64,000 bases of DNA, taken from Schizochytrium sp. TIO01 (lineage: Eukaryota; Protista; Bigyra: Labyrinthulomycetes). Numbering within the stretch: position 1 is the stretch's first letter; the number at the start of each line of letters is the position of its first letter. Shown in pieces: positions 20,376-32,460 of the stretch. The translations under genes and the position numbers were made by a program. Where the stretch lies: positions 1,712,747 to 1,776,746 of the forward strand of contig SMSO01000037.1 of the NCBI GenBank assembly GCA_004764695.1, read 5' to 3'. The notes beneath the pieces were generated by a model. It was not told the DNA's origin. It saw only the letters and a program-made list of their open reading frames with translations, and did no database searches.

Positions 20376-21673
20376 GGTTCCCAAAGAGTAAATAAAACAT
20401 GAACCAATTTTATTCCACTGGAGCGGGACCTTCCTGGGCATGTAGGCAGCTAGCTACCACTGGTAGAGATCTATTTATTTATTTAACAAAGGGAAGAATT
20501 AATAAAAGCTAGTAGTTTTAATTAATTAAGTTTAATTTAATTTAAAATAACAATAAAAGTAACAATTTTTTAACGTGAGTTTTAAAAGTGTCCGTGGGAA
20601 AAAGGCAAAAAGAGCTGAGAACACGAGAAACTGCGAATGCCGATCGAGAAAGGCACAATTATCAGTGTTGGCACGGATAATACAGGTCGAGGCGCGTTTG
20701 ACTGGAGGCGCAGAATAATGAATAAAAGAAGAAAGGACCTTCTCAGAAACGCGGTGCTCATGTTGTAGCGCAATCAAACGAGCTAAACCTTGGCGAAACA
20801 GACAGCACCGAAGAAAGAAAAGAAAAAGTGCTGCTCTGTCTGATTAATTAATTGATTGATTGATTGATTGATTGATATATTTTTTGTTCTTTTTCTCCTT
20901 CTTCAATACCTGTCGCATGAAAGCACTCGGAGGAAGGTAGGTAGGTAGGTAGATGGGTATGTGTCTGTCTGCCTTTACCGTCTCATAGGTGACTTCCTCA
21001 AGAGCTTTGTAGGTACCTTCTGCATATCTGCTCTTTCTAATTTGAAGAAGATGTCAGACCTTGGATCTTAAGATCTCAGCCACTGTCCTTCCGCGAATCT
21101 GCGTTGCAAAAACAACGTTGGGCGCATGCAAATAACTAGTATGGAAAGCTTCTTTTACAAATAAACGGAAATAAACAAACAAATTAAAAGAAAGAAAGAA
21201 AGAAAGAAAACTAAACATGTATTAAAAAGCGGTTTTGATCGATAGAAATTCGAAAGAAGAAGAGGGAATAAGAAAATGTTGGGAGGTAGAAAACAAACAC
21301 CTAAAGAATACTTAAAGCGTGAATAAGGTAGTACGAGAAACGTCGTAAGGGCTCGGAAAGCGGTGGATGGTTAAAAGAAACTATCGCGCCTTCTCCTAGC
21401 AATCTAGATAGCTGAGATGTAGCGGGAACAACAACAGCAACAACAACAATAACAACAGCGGCGTTTAAAGAACGCTGACAGGGAGAATGAAAACAGAAAT
21501 AAATAATAAACGAGGTATCACCCACCCACCCACCCAATTATCCACGATTATGATGGCTCATTTGCCACAGAAAGAACGCTACACAGGAAGATATGCCCTT
21601 CCGCGTGACTCTGTCTGGAGAAGCAAGGCACCTTGCTTGCTTTTTGGTCTTTTAGGATTAAAATGGATAACGC

Positions 21674-21708
<35 letters not shown>

Positions 21709-21709
21709 A
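21674..21709. repeat. (GTT)n trinucleotide repeat
   Basis: Direct reading. Confidence 0.95.
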
Positions 21710-24700
21710 TTCGGCTCGGGAGGCTCACTAAGTTGGCAAGTTATGCGAAGGTACCTTCAAAACATAGGTCAAATGAGTAGGCCTCGATGGATCTTGGATC
21801 TCCGGAGCGACTTCGAAACCTTCGGAATTACTACTACGAGGCCGGAGGTCAAGGCTCTAAAGCAAAGCAAAGCAAACCAAGGGAAACCAAGGAAGCGGAA
21901 GCTCCCAAGGTCGCAGAAGAATAATAATAAGAAGACGACGAAGACGAAGGATGATTTGAGAACTTGAACAAGTTACTCTGAGTCGAGGCGTGGCGTTTTC
22001 AGAAATCATGAAGAATCAATCAGCTTTCCAACGATGAACGCGAGCTCATCTTCTGAACAGAAAAAAGGGCCGCTAATATGACGATGGTGCAGATACATCG
22101 AAACAGAAAATGATTGCGCATTTGCAAAGGTAGACAAACATAGATGGCAATAACTTGAGGCCTGAGGCCAGAAAGCAATAGCGTGTCCTTTTTTTCCTCT
22201 ATCTGGACAGGCCAAGAGCATCTTGTCTGCAGTTTGGACTTGTTCGAATGCCGACTTTGCCAATTCAGAGCGCTGGACAGCACAGAGAGAGGACACGAGT
22301 GTGCATAAGATTTGCCGATTCTCGTCGATGTGCACAATAAAAGCTTGGATCTCTAGAGGTTAAACGGCACGTTGCATTTTATGAAGGCACTAACTAAGAT
22401 GTATATGGTGGAATAGAAAACAACCTCCTCTCTAAAATAGAACCTGGATAGAACCTGGATTTACATAAATAAGTGAAGAGAAAATGAAATACTACTGATG
22501 GTTTGGGCCAGAAAAGCAAAACACTGAAAGGGCGAATGACAGCCTAGCTATTCGTGAAAAAAGATGAAGAAACGCACGGATGCGAAGGGGGTGAGTAAGT
22601 TGAGCGAAACTCAAGCTTTGCCCAGGCATTTTTTACTTCATTGGGCATTGAGCGATTCGCCGCCGTTTTTTATAAAGTTTATTTTCTTAATTTTTAATTT
22701 TTAATTATATACATAATTGTACTGCTTGATTAGTCGTTCTATTCGTTCTTTCATCATAGGCGAGATTTCCCTTTTGTGGAATCCTCTTGTCGACCGACCT
22801 TCCTATACATTTTAATTGGACAGGCACTGAGGCCCCTAGCTAGGTAGGTGCATATCCACCGGCTATGAAATTATTGACACTCAAAAAAAAAGAAACTACT
22901 CAAACGTAGGGAATTTATTATTATTTTGTTTTCAGAATTGTCAACAAAAAATCCCTTCGGCACGTTCGTTTCGAAATCAACTCCTCAACTCCTCCTAGCC
23001 TTGAGTGAATAGGGAAAAGGAAGCAATTCATGCTTTTGCGAGCATGAAAAGCGCTTTATCGAAGGTAAGTAAACCTGAAAGTGAAAAAGGGGGTAGTATT
23101 TAGACTTCTCTTCTAACTATCCTACAATGTTTAAATGCGCGTTTCCTGTATATTGACACACCCGGGTTGTTGCTGCATTCGTTGGAGGGGAAGAAATTCA
23201 TGCTTCACTGTTGATTTAAAAAAATGAATCAAACGCTTTTATATTCAAACTAAAGTTTGAATGTTTATAAAAAAAATAAAATAAAACAATATTAAAAGAA
23301 TATCAATTTTTGAAAGGACAAAAAGAAAGAAGAAAGAAAGAAAACAGGGAGGGGTTTGTTTGTTTGTCTAATTTGTACTATTTAAAAAACAATCTATTGA
23401 GAGAAAGAAATGTGATGATTCACGAAAGAACACAGTTGTATTGTAGCATCGTTATCTTTTACTCCGCGAATCACAACTGGCTCTGATGAGAGGAAAGAGG
23501 AGGTGTGCGACTTCTTTCACTTATATTTATTATTTGTTTAACATCTAAACTTATTTCTAAAAATGAAAAAAGAAAGCACCATGAGCCGAAAGGAGACAGC
23601 TTCGAAGGTGACTGCGAGCTCTAGCTAGAACGAAACATTTAGTGCTGTGAGTTCTCTACGTAAGCTTAAGCAAAAAGTATGCTCGAGCTCCAAAGAAGAA
23701 ACAGGACACAGCACATTCATTCATTCACTCATTCATTCATTCATTCATTCACTTAAGAAATCAGTTAATTGTGGCGGGCTCCTCTTCTTCTAAGAGACTC
23801 GATCTCTTCTGCTTTGTTCAAAACCAGACACGCAAACAAGGAATCTTTGAGGTTGTTGTCGGATATGTGTATTTTATTCTCGTTTGCTGTTTGCCTTGAA
23901 AAAAATTCGTTGTTTGTTGTAGGTGGGCGGAGAGGAGCTGAAGATGGCGAGGATTGAATCGTCGGATGAGTGCATCGAATCGAGTTGTTGAAGTGTTGTC
24001 GGAAATCGCAAATCGACTCACTCACTTCGAATGCAGTTCGACTCAGGTCGGACGGCACAAAATACTCATTGCCTTGCGCGACATCGATCCGCGTTTTGCT
24101 CTGCGACGTCGCTCCAGTTCGATTTGGGCTTCTTCTCCTCGTAGGAGTTAACACTAGCTACATCTACGAGCTCCTGGCTATTGTTGACAAGATCATTTCA
24201 GATTTGATAAATATTGTATTTAAAACATTGAATACTTTGATATTCACTTTTTAATAATAGTAATAATAGTGATAATGAAGATAAGTAATTATTTTTTTAA
24301 AAGGGAATGTATTGTATATTTTCAGCTTTGTAATCTTATTGTTGTTGTTGTTTTGTTATTAAAGTTTGAAATTGTTTATTGTTGTGTACTATTGTTACTC
24401 TGAAATACTTACTTTCAATGATTGCAGTTTTTTTTTTTTCATTAAATTAAATTAAATTAAATAGATGTAATTGATTTTATTTCATTTTATATTTTAATGA
24501 GTAAAATCTGAATAGAAGAATAAACAAGGTGGACAAGGTGAATGGTTTTGTTTTGTTTCAAAAAAGCTGAGAACTTCTATTTTTCTCAGCCCTAATGACT
24601 GACAATTGGCTGTCTCTATTGTAGATTATAGTAAATATTAATACGTCTAGAAGTGCGTTTCGAAAGGGTAAAAAAAAAGAGGAAAAGAGTCTGTTCTTGC

Positions 24701-27700
24701 GAAGTAGACATTGTTGGCTCGCAGTAGGTAAGGTAGTGGTAAGTTTGTTTCCATCCATTTTCCCCTTCTCCTCAAAGTCAGTCAACGAAAAGAGAGAGAG
24801 ACCTTGTAAAAGCTTGAGGTTTTGCGCCTGATCATTGCATAGTCTCCTTCTTTTCCACCTCTCACGAGGGTGAGATGCCATTATCTTATCAGGACTCAAA
24901 TTGGAGGTTTCTCTAAAGTCCTGAATTCCCCAGCGATGAGTTGTTCTTTTTGAGGGAGGAGAGGAATACATCCATCCAGGAAAGGTACCAATGTGATGCA
25001 AAAGAGAAAATGAAAATAAGATCAAAGTTAAAAGAAGATAATAAGATCCCACCTACAATGCTTCGTGCGTGAGAGTTTCTTCCTTCAAGTTGACTTTGCT
25101 GGTGTTCCAACTAAGGTTTCTACGCTTCACATGAAAAAGATTATGGCGCTTTAAAAACAAATAAAACAAATAAAACAATTTAAGAAGGTAATTAACGAAA
25201 ATGAGTAGTTGTGAGTAAAATAAACGAAACCACACCGCAGAAGCCTCCAGAGACCCAACAGAAACTAAAACTAAAATTAAAGCCCAACCTCCCAAACCTT
25301 ATGTTCAGACGTCTGCACATCTGCTTCCCTCTCTCCGTCCTGCATTTTATTTTACTTTCTTTCCTTATTGCTTTAATGATTGAATACAGACACAATTGAA
25401 TACGAACGTGATGGGTTCCCAGTTTTAATCAAAACACTCACGCCAGCCAGCCAGCTGGCTAAGAGAGAGACAGAGAGGGATCATCTGCACTTTTCTTTTT
25501 CTTTGAATAAAATGAATATTGTAATAAAAACCTTTGATGAAAAAGTACAAAAGCGGGGTGAGTTGACTATGAATTTCAACAAGTGAGATAAAAATGAAGT
25601 AAGTGACGTTCTGCTCTTCTCTGCGAAACGCCACTTCCCCCACTGGCAAACAATAGCCTCAAAACAACATTATCGATATCAAACAAGACCGCCCGCCTCC
25701 CACTGGCGTTATCCATGGACTCAGTTTTAAAGTAAAAAACAGCACTGAAAACCTCTACTTTGAACGGAAGAACTGCACGAACCAAGAACAGGAAGAACTC
25801 ACTCACTCGAAGAAGATGAAGAAGGTGTTTAGTTTAGGGGAAGGAAGATGAGTTTTGGGAAGAAGGCGGAGTACGTGGCGGTCTAGCTAGAACCCAGCCC
25901 AGTCTCCGTCATTTCGAAGCTTCAAGCCACCGAAACGACCATCAAACAGCTACAGCCAATCAGTTAATCAGTTAATCAGGTAATCAGGTAATCAATGGAC
26001 CGATCGATCGATTGAGTAATCGATGAATCGCAATCGATGGATGAATCGCAATCAATTCATCAAATTCAATGAATCTTGAAAAACGCCGACCAATTAATGA
26101 AGAAGCAAAGAAGCAAAGAAACAGAGCGAAAAATCGGCTTGAGACGCACAGAGATCCGAAGCAAGGCTGTAAAGTAGTTGGTCGGTTATTCAGTTAGTTG
26201 TTTGGTTAGTTAGTTATCTATCTATTTATTTAGCTGGGCGTATGTACTTCTCCAAGATCCATCGAGCCATCTTGCGCTTCTGAAGGCCTGTCTGGGCGTG
26301 GAGAGATGGATGGATCGCCAACGAGGTAACTGACTCACGTTCCAAGGTTATGAATGCAAACGAACGAACGAACGAACGAACGAACGAAGTCGAACTCAGT
26401 GTATCACCGTGCTCTTCTGCTGTCCTCCTCCAATTGTACGCGCGCCCTATTCGCATGCATCTGCTTCTTCTCACGCAAAGCAGCAGAAGAATAATAGATC
26501 CACCGAATGAATGAATGAATGAATGAATGAATGAATGAATAATTGATTGAATGAATGACTCGAATAGAACCCACTTCGAGCGGGAGTGAGCTAGTTGGTT
26601 ACTTACGCGAAACGATAGAGCCCACAGGGAGCCAGGGCGTCTCAGTGTCTAGCCCTAGCTAGTAGAAGCACTTAAGCACGGCTAGGGACCCAGAGGAGGA
26701 GGCAGCCACAGCAGATTAAGAGTCTCCGGTCGATGCACGGAGAGAGGGAGGGAAAGAAAGGTTAGTATGTATGTATGTGTGTATGTATGTATATTTTTTA
26801 GTTTCTATGTCATGTCACACTCTGTAATGAATGAGTGGAGTGTCTGTCACAGCTGTGAACAGCGCTGTTGAAGTTGGATTGGAGCAGAGGAGCGCAAAGG
26901 GAGATTCAGATTGATGGAGAGAGGATGAATAATTGAAAGAGATGCATGCATATTCGAGTACATGGCAGAGGTTAGAGGGTAAAAGCTGGTAGTACGTAGT
27001 AAGAGGAAAAGATGAGATGGAGGGAGGGAGCATCTGTCCCGTGGGCTCTGATTGCAGGGTTTGGGGCGACGGAGGTGGACTTAGCTGCTGGAAATGGGCC
27101 TGAGAGCAAGAGGGAAAACCAGGACAGACAATTAGTTAGATAGTTGGTTAGCTCGTGAGGCGGTGATTCCGTTTCTTTGGTTCTTTGTTTATATGTTTGT
27201 ATCTTTGTTTATTTATATATATTTATATATTTGTATATTTATTTATATAGTATTAATGAATTAATGAATGAATGAATTAATTAATTTGTTTGTTTGTTTG
27301 TTTGTTCGTAAGATCGAAGCAAATGAATCGAAGCTGCAGATGGGATTGAAGCGGAGAAGAGCCCTCTGTGTTGAGGAGGCCTGGAAAAGGTGTTCTGTTC
27401 TTGCGGCAGCGGGTAGCGAGTGTTCAGAGCAGCTGCTCTGTAACCTCCTCTGTCGACGAGAGGGGTCTTTCTGCAGAGTATGCACTGGTAGTACGTTGGT
27501 ACCCACTATTAGGAGCCTGCCTACCCAGTCGCATATTTAGTTCTGCAGGTGTTTGGAAGTAGCTATTTACTTCTATTTATTTTATTGTAGTAGTACTTGG
27601 TTTTAAAATAGTATTATATGATAAGCTTGTTTTTATTGTAAAAATTAAAGAAAAGATAAAGAAAAGATATATGAAACTAACTTCAAAGTAAATATAGCAA

Positions 27701-30700
27701 AAAGAAGCGCTCGCGAAAGCGAAGAAGCAACGGTCTTTGGGGGTATTAGTCGAACGATGGATAGCTCGACTTGAGCTTATTTGATTCACTAAGAGCTTGA
27801 GTTTTTATTTTATCACAGAATAATAGCCAGAAACTAAGTTGTATGCTGGTGTGCGTGCGTGCGAAAGAGTCATATGGCGAAAAGGGTCCGCAAAGAAAGA
27901 AAAAAAGTTAGTAAGAGCAACAACAACATCGATAAAAGAAAAAGAGAGAAAGGGAGAAAATAAATAAATAAATAAATAAATAAAATAAATAATCAAGGAA
28001 AAGGAAACACCGAAGTCGGTTGTTTGCTGATAAAAGAAATCTGGCTTTTTGAAGGGCCGTTTGTTTGTTAGATTTTTTACTAGAACGGGTGAGCTCAGAA
28101 AATGGTATGCCTCTTAGGGGTTTGGAGGCTGAAGAATAAAATGGCCCCGACATAATTCGATTTTTTTTTTTTTTTAAATCATTCATTCACCTGCAGAACT
28201 TGAAGAAAAATCAACCTGATCTTTTTTTATGAAACGTTTTATTATATTAAGGAAATTAAAATTAACAAAGACATCTTTGAACGAATAAATATTCTTTAAC
28301 ATTTATTCATCTATTTTATAATATTTTATTTCTAACATTGAAAACCCGAGTCTTTTTATTTTATTTGAAATTAAATTTTAAATAACTGATCCAGATGAAA
28401 TAGGTTCGTCTGTTAATAAATAAATAAATAAAAATTAAACAACAAAAAGTCAGAATATTTATTTAATTACAATAATATAAACTTTCTATGTTTCTGCTTT
28501 ACTTTCTTTTTCATTAAGATAAAGGTGTCTTTTCTTTTTGGGAGTGTGCGCGATCTCGGGCTCCTTTTGAACACGAGCCCTCCTTGTTCTGGAAATGCGC
28601 TTTCGTTGCTGCAAATTTACCATTCTTCGTTCCTGCACTCCTCCATCCTTGTCTTCTTTTCAGAGAACGAACTGCAACACTCACTCGCAACAGAGGTACG
28701 AACCTGCGAATCCATGCAGACACAGAGACGCGCATATTATATCTGTGCAATTAAAATTTGCGATGTATTTATCTATGCATGTATCTATATATATACACAC
28801 ACGCAGCTCCAAGCTCTGACGAGAGCAGCGCAGATGCTGATTCGTCTGCTTTGGCTCTCGAAGCGCTTGCTTGGCTCCATTCGATCGGGGCTATTGGTGG
28901 ATTCACGGATGGATCTTGGCGATTCTCCATCCTTGGCAGTAGGCAGTGAGTGTGCTTCTTGAAGAGGGCGTGGTACCTCTGGGATAGGATCTGAGAGCAT
29001 TCTCGCTCGCACGCGACTGATCGGACCTCTCGTACAGCAGAAGAAAGTTAGTTAGTTATCTCTAGTTCGTTTCCTTCGTTCGTTCGTTCGTTCGTTCTGG
29101 CCGGTTTCTCCAACCTTGGCGATCTTCCGCGCTGCCTGCTAACTCGACTGCCGCACACGCTCGCTGGTGCGTGGAATGTGGTCGGCCTTTGGACGGCTTC
29201 ACATCGACGGCTCGCTCAATTCGAGGGCTGCTTCAAGAAGCTCGCTCATCCATCGTCCGTGTGTCCAGGTCGCCCTGCTCTGGGTTTTGCATTGCATTCT
29301 CGCTTCTTCATGCACCCGCGATCTCCACGAGAGAATCACTCTGTCTCATCGAAGCCACGAGATCTCCTTCGCAGCGCAGACAAGGACCTCGACGCAGACG
29401 CCGCAGGTTTCCGGCCTCACCGGGATGGATTTATGTATGTCTGTCTTTGACAGAGGCTTGCTCATAAGAGGCACGTGGCTGCTGCACATTTACATTCTTA
29501 TCAGTTCGAGATCAGGCGAGCCTTGGTGGACGCCATGGTCACCATGAGGACCTCCTCTTCACGGCTGGGCTGCACCTGCACCCGCAATGTCATCTCCGCC
29601 AATTCCCAATTTCTTGCATCGCCTGCAATATCTTGCCTCTCCAAAGCGACACGCAGCTCTAGAGAGATAAAGCGCTCTCAGTCCTCTCCTTCGAAGCTCT
29701 CGTTGGCACGTGAACGAACACCAATGTGTCTGTTGTGGCGCGCGTGCTGGCTCAATCCCAGACCCCTCGCTCCCTCGCTCGATATATCAGTTAATCAGAC
29801 AATCAATCAATGAGACAATGGGACAGTGGCTCGCTTGACTCTGCTCGACTGCGTCGAGGATGGATGTCTGTCTCGAGGGCGGAGCGCTGCGCTGCGGCTT
29901 TGGGCGTGGCCTTCGAAGATCTCGGTTGCCTCCTTGGCGGGCGCCACCCTATGGAGGTCGGCGGCAATTCAAGGCTTAGCCCAGGTCCAGATTGCCAACA
30001 ACAACTTGAAGCACGGACCCACGCGGACTTGCTCTCTTCTTGCTTGGGCTGGTTGGGTCCACACCCCTGGCAGTCCCTGCTCGCGAGCCTCGAGAGCTCG
30101 AAGGAGCCGTCCACCCGTGCGGCGAAGGTGCCTTCAGCAGGCATTGGCGGGCGCTCCCGCACAGACTGACTAATAAGGCGCCGCTCCAGAGCCAAAAGTT
30201 TATTATTATTTATTATTATTTATTATTATTTATTATTATTTATTATTATTTATTCTTTTTTTTCTTTCGTACGAGTGCACTCAGTGAGTGAGTGAGTGAG
30301 TGAGTGAGTGCCGCGACATGAGGGAGAGAAGAAAAAGACTTCCTTCCTGCTCGGTACTTACTTACTTACCTACTAACTAACTTACTTGTTACGCTCTCCT
30401 AGGACCGCCTGTGCTTTGTTTATTTGTTTGTTTGTTTGTTTGTTTGGATAGAAGCAGGTAGCCCAGACAGAAAGATTTAAGAAAGCCTTTCGTAGAAAAA
30501 GTCATTGGAAAACTTGAATTGTGGAACTTGTTGCTGGTACTATATAACTTTTATTATAAAGTTTCCATATAAGTTTTATTAGAATACAATGATGTATTCT
30601 AAAACTTTCATTATATTCTGACACTTTTAGAATAAAAGTGAAGAAAGAAGAAAGAAAGATTCACAGCAGAGAGGAACCCGCACTCCGAAGTCTCACTCTT

Positions 30701-31168
30701 TCCCTCATTCATGTGAAGGAGGGACCTAACCTATCTATCCCTCCTATGTCTAATTAGTTATTTATATGCGCACACACCGTTTGCTCAGCAAGAACAACAA
30801 CAAGAACAGCAAGAACAGAATCAGAAGGAGAGGTCACTATCTGTCTATGCTGTCTATCCCTGATGGCGCCTCATCACTGCCTGCCTGCCCAAACACCGGC
30901 AGCCCATCCCGTCTTCCCGGCTGTCTTTGGCTGCCTTTGGCTGGCTGGCTGGCTGGCCCGCCCGAGAACAGCAGCGGTTTGCAGTGCAAGCAAACAGTTC
31001 GACTCCATGACCCGGCGGTCTCTCGAGTGGGCCCTGTTGTAGCGATGTCGACGATGTTTGCGGTCTCAGCTGAGTGAGAGAGTGAACGATGAGTTACATA
31101 CAATGAGCTGTTTTTATCTCTCTATCTCTTTATCTATTCTAAAGAAAGAAACAGGCACACAAAGAGAG

Positions 31169-31171
<3 letters not shown>

Positions 31172-31209
<38 letters not shown>
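31172..31209. repeat. (GA)n dinucleotide repeat
   Basis: Direct reading. Confidence 0.95.
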
Positions 31210-31211
<2 letters not shown>

Positions 31212-31442
31212 AATCAAAGAGCTGAAAAGCGAATAATAAGGGAGGAGGGCGCAGGAATTGAGGAGTTCTTGGGCGCGAAGTGGAGGGAGAAGCACAGGAC
31301 GAATGAGATGGCAGCGGGCTTTGGAGAGGAGTGGGAGAACCGCGAGGGCGAAGACAATGGCAGATGAATTGGGCTCAGATTTAACTGAAACGAGAGCTAC
31401 AGCTAGCTTGAGGAGGTGTATTGATAATATAAAAAATGATGA

Positions 31443-31458
31443 TCTGTCTGTCTGTTTG

Positions 31459-31503
<45 letters not shown>
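31443..31503. repeat. (CTGT)n(CTAT)n compound microsatellite
   Basis: Direct reading. Confidence 0.92.
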
Positions 31504-31755
31504 TAGAGAAAAGGAAACTACTCAGACTCACATAACTAATAGTGAAGATAAACTATAGCTTTCAAAACAGAGCTTGGGTGTACACAGATCAGAGCGGCTT
31601 CTTTTTATAAAGAAAGTGGGAATCGTCATAATCCATGGTGCACGGAGTTGAAAGAAGATGGAAAGGCACTAGATGTTTTACATTCCGCAAAATGATTGCA
31701 AATGGGAATGGTTTTTGTACTTTGCTTGGCCAGATAGCAGCATGAGAGCTTCTAA

Positions 31756-31827
31756 GGGCGTGTGGTGTAGTGGCAGCATCCCTCTTTTGGGTAGAGGGGG
31801 TCTTGGGTTCAATCCCCAACTCGCCCC
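31756..31827 (+). tRNA. trnP(UGG): tRNA-Pro (anticodon TGG), intronless
   Basis: Folds as a cloverleaf: acceptor GGGCGTG/CTCGCCC (one T-T mismatch), D stem GTGT/GCAT, anticodon stem CCTCT/AGAGG with loop TT-TGG-GT (31788-31790), T stem TTGGG/CCCAA with loop TTCAATC, discriminator C. A box TGGTGTAGTGG and B box GGTTCAATCCC are present. Confidence 0.92.
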
Positions 31828-31834
31828 ACCTCTG

Positions 31835-31840
31835 TTTTTT
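31835..31840 (+). terminator. Pol III terminator (T6) of tRNA-Pro
   Basis: TTTTTT begins 8 nt after the discriminator base. Confidence 0.8.
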
Positions 31841-32358
31841 ATGTTTCTTTTTTAGTCTCTCTTTCCTTTCCTTTCCGCCTTGCACTGTTAGAAGAACAGA
31901 GCGAAGGAAGTGAGAGGTGATCGAGATCCCACTTTCCCTGTCAGCCAACTTCTTCTGAGGTAGTGGATGTGCTATGTACCAAGCCATTCCACAAACTAAC
32001 TAACTCGAGCAAACGCAACCGCGAGCAATTGAAGAAGACCCCCACCCACCACCTATGCAAGGCATTGTTCCATTCACCCATGCATTCAATCAAGAGTTAT
32101 TTATTAGTTAGGCGAAGAAACATCTGACTTGATAGTAACATTTATAGCCTATTACAATTACATCAGTCCTTGTTGAGTGAATGAATGAATGATTGATTGA
32201 TTGATTCCTCCATTCAGTCAGTTAGCCAAAGGGTCCTCTGGTGGCGTCTCCCTTCCGCGAAGTGCAAAGAGAATCACAAATATTGAGCAAGCAAGCAACA
32301 GCAGCACTTATGGAGAGAACAGGATCGATGGCTCAATGTATCAGCAAATGTCAAATGA

Positions 32359-32460
32359 TGTAGGTAGGTAGGTAGGTAGGTAGGTACTACGTAGGTAACT
32401 ATCATGAAATACCTCGCATTCGCAATGTTAGGTAGGTAGGTAAGTAGGTACGTAGGTACC
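32359..32460. repeat. (GTAG)n microsatellite cluster
   Basis: Direct reading. Confidence 0.88.
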
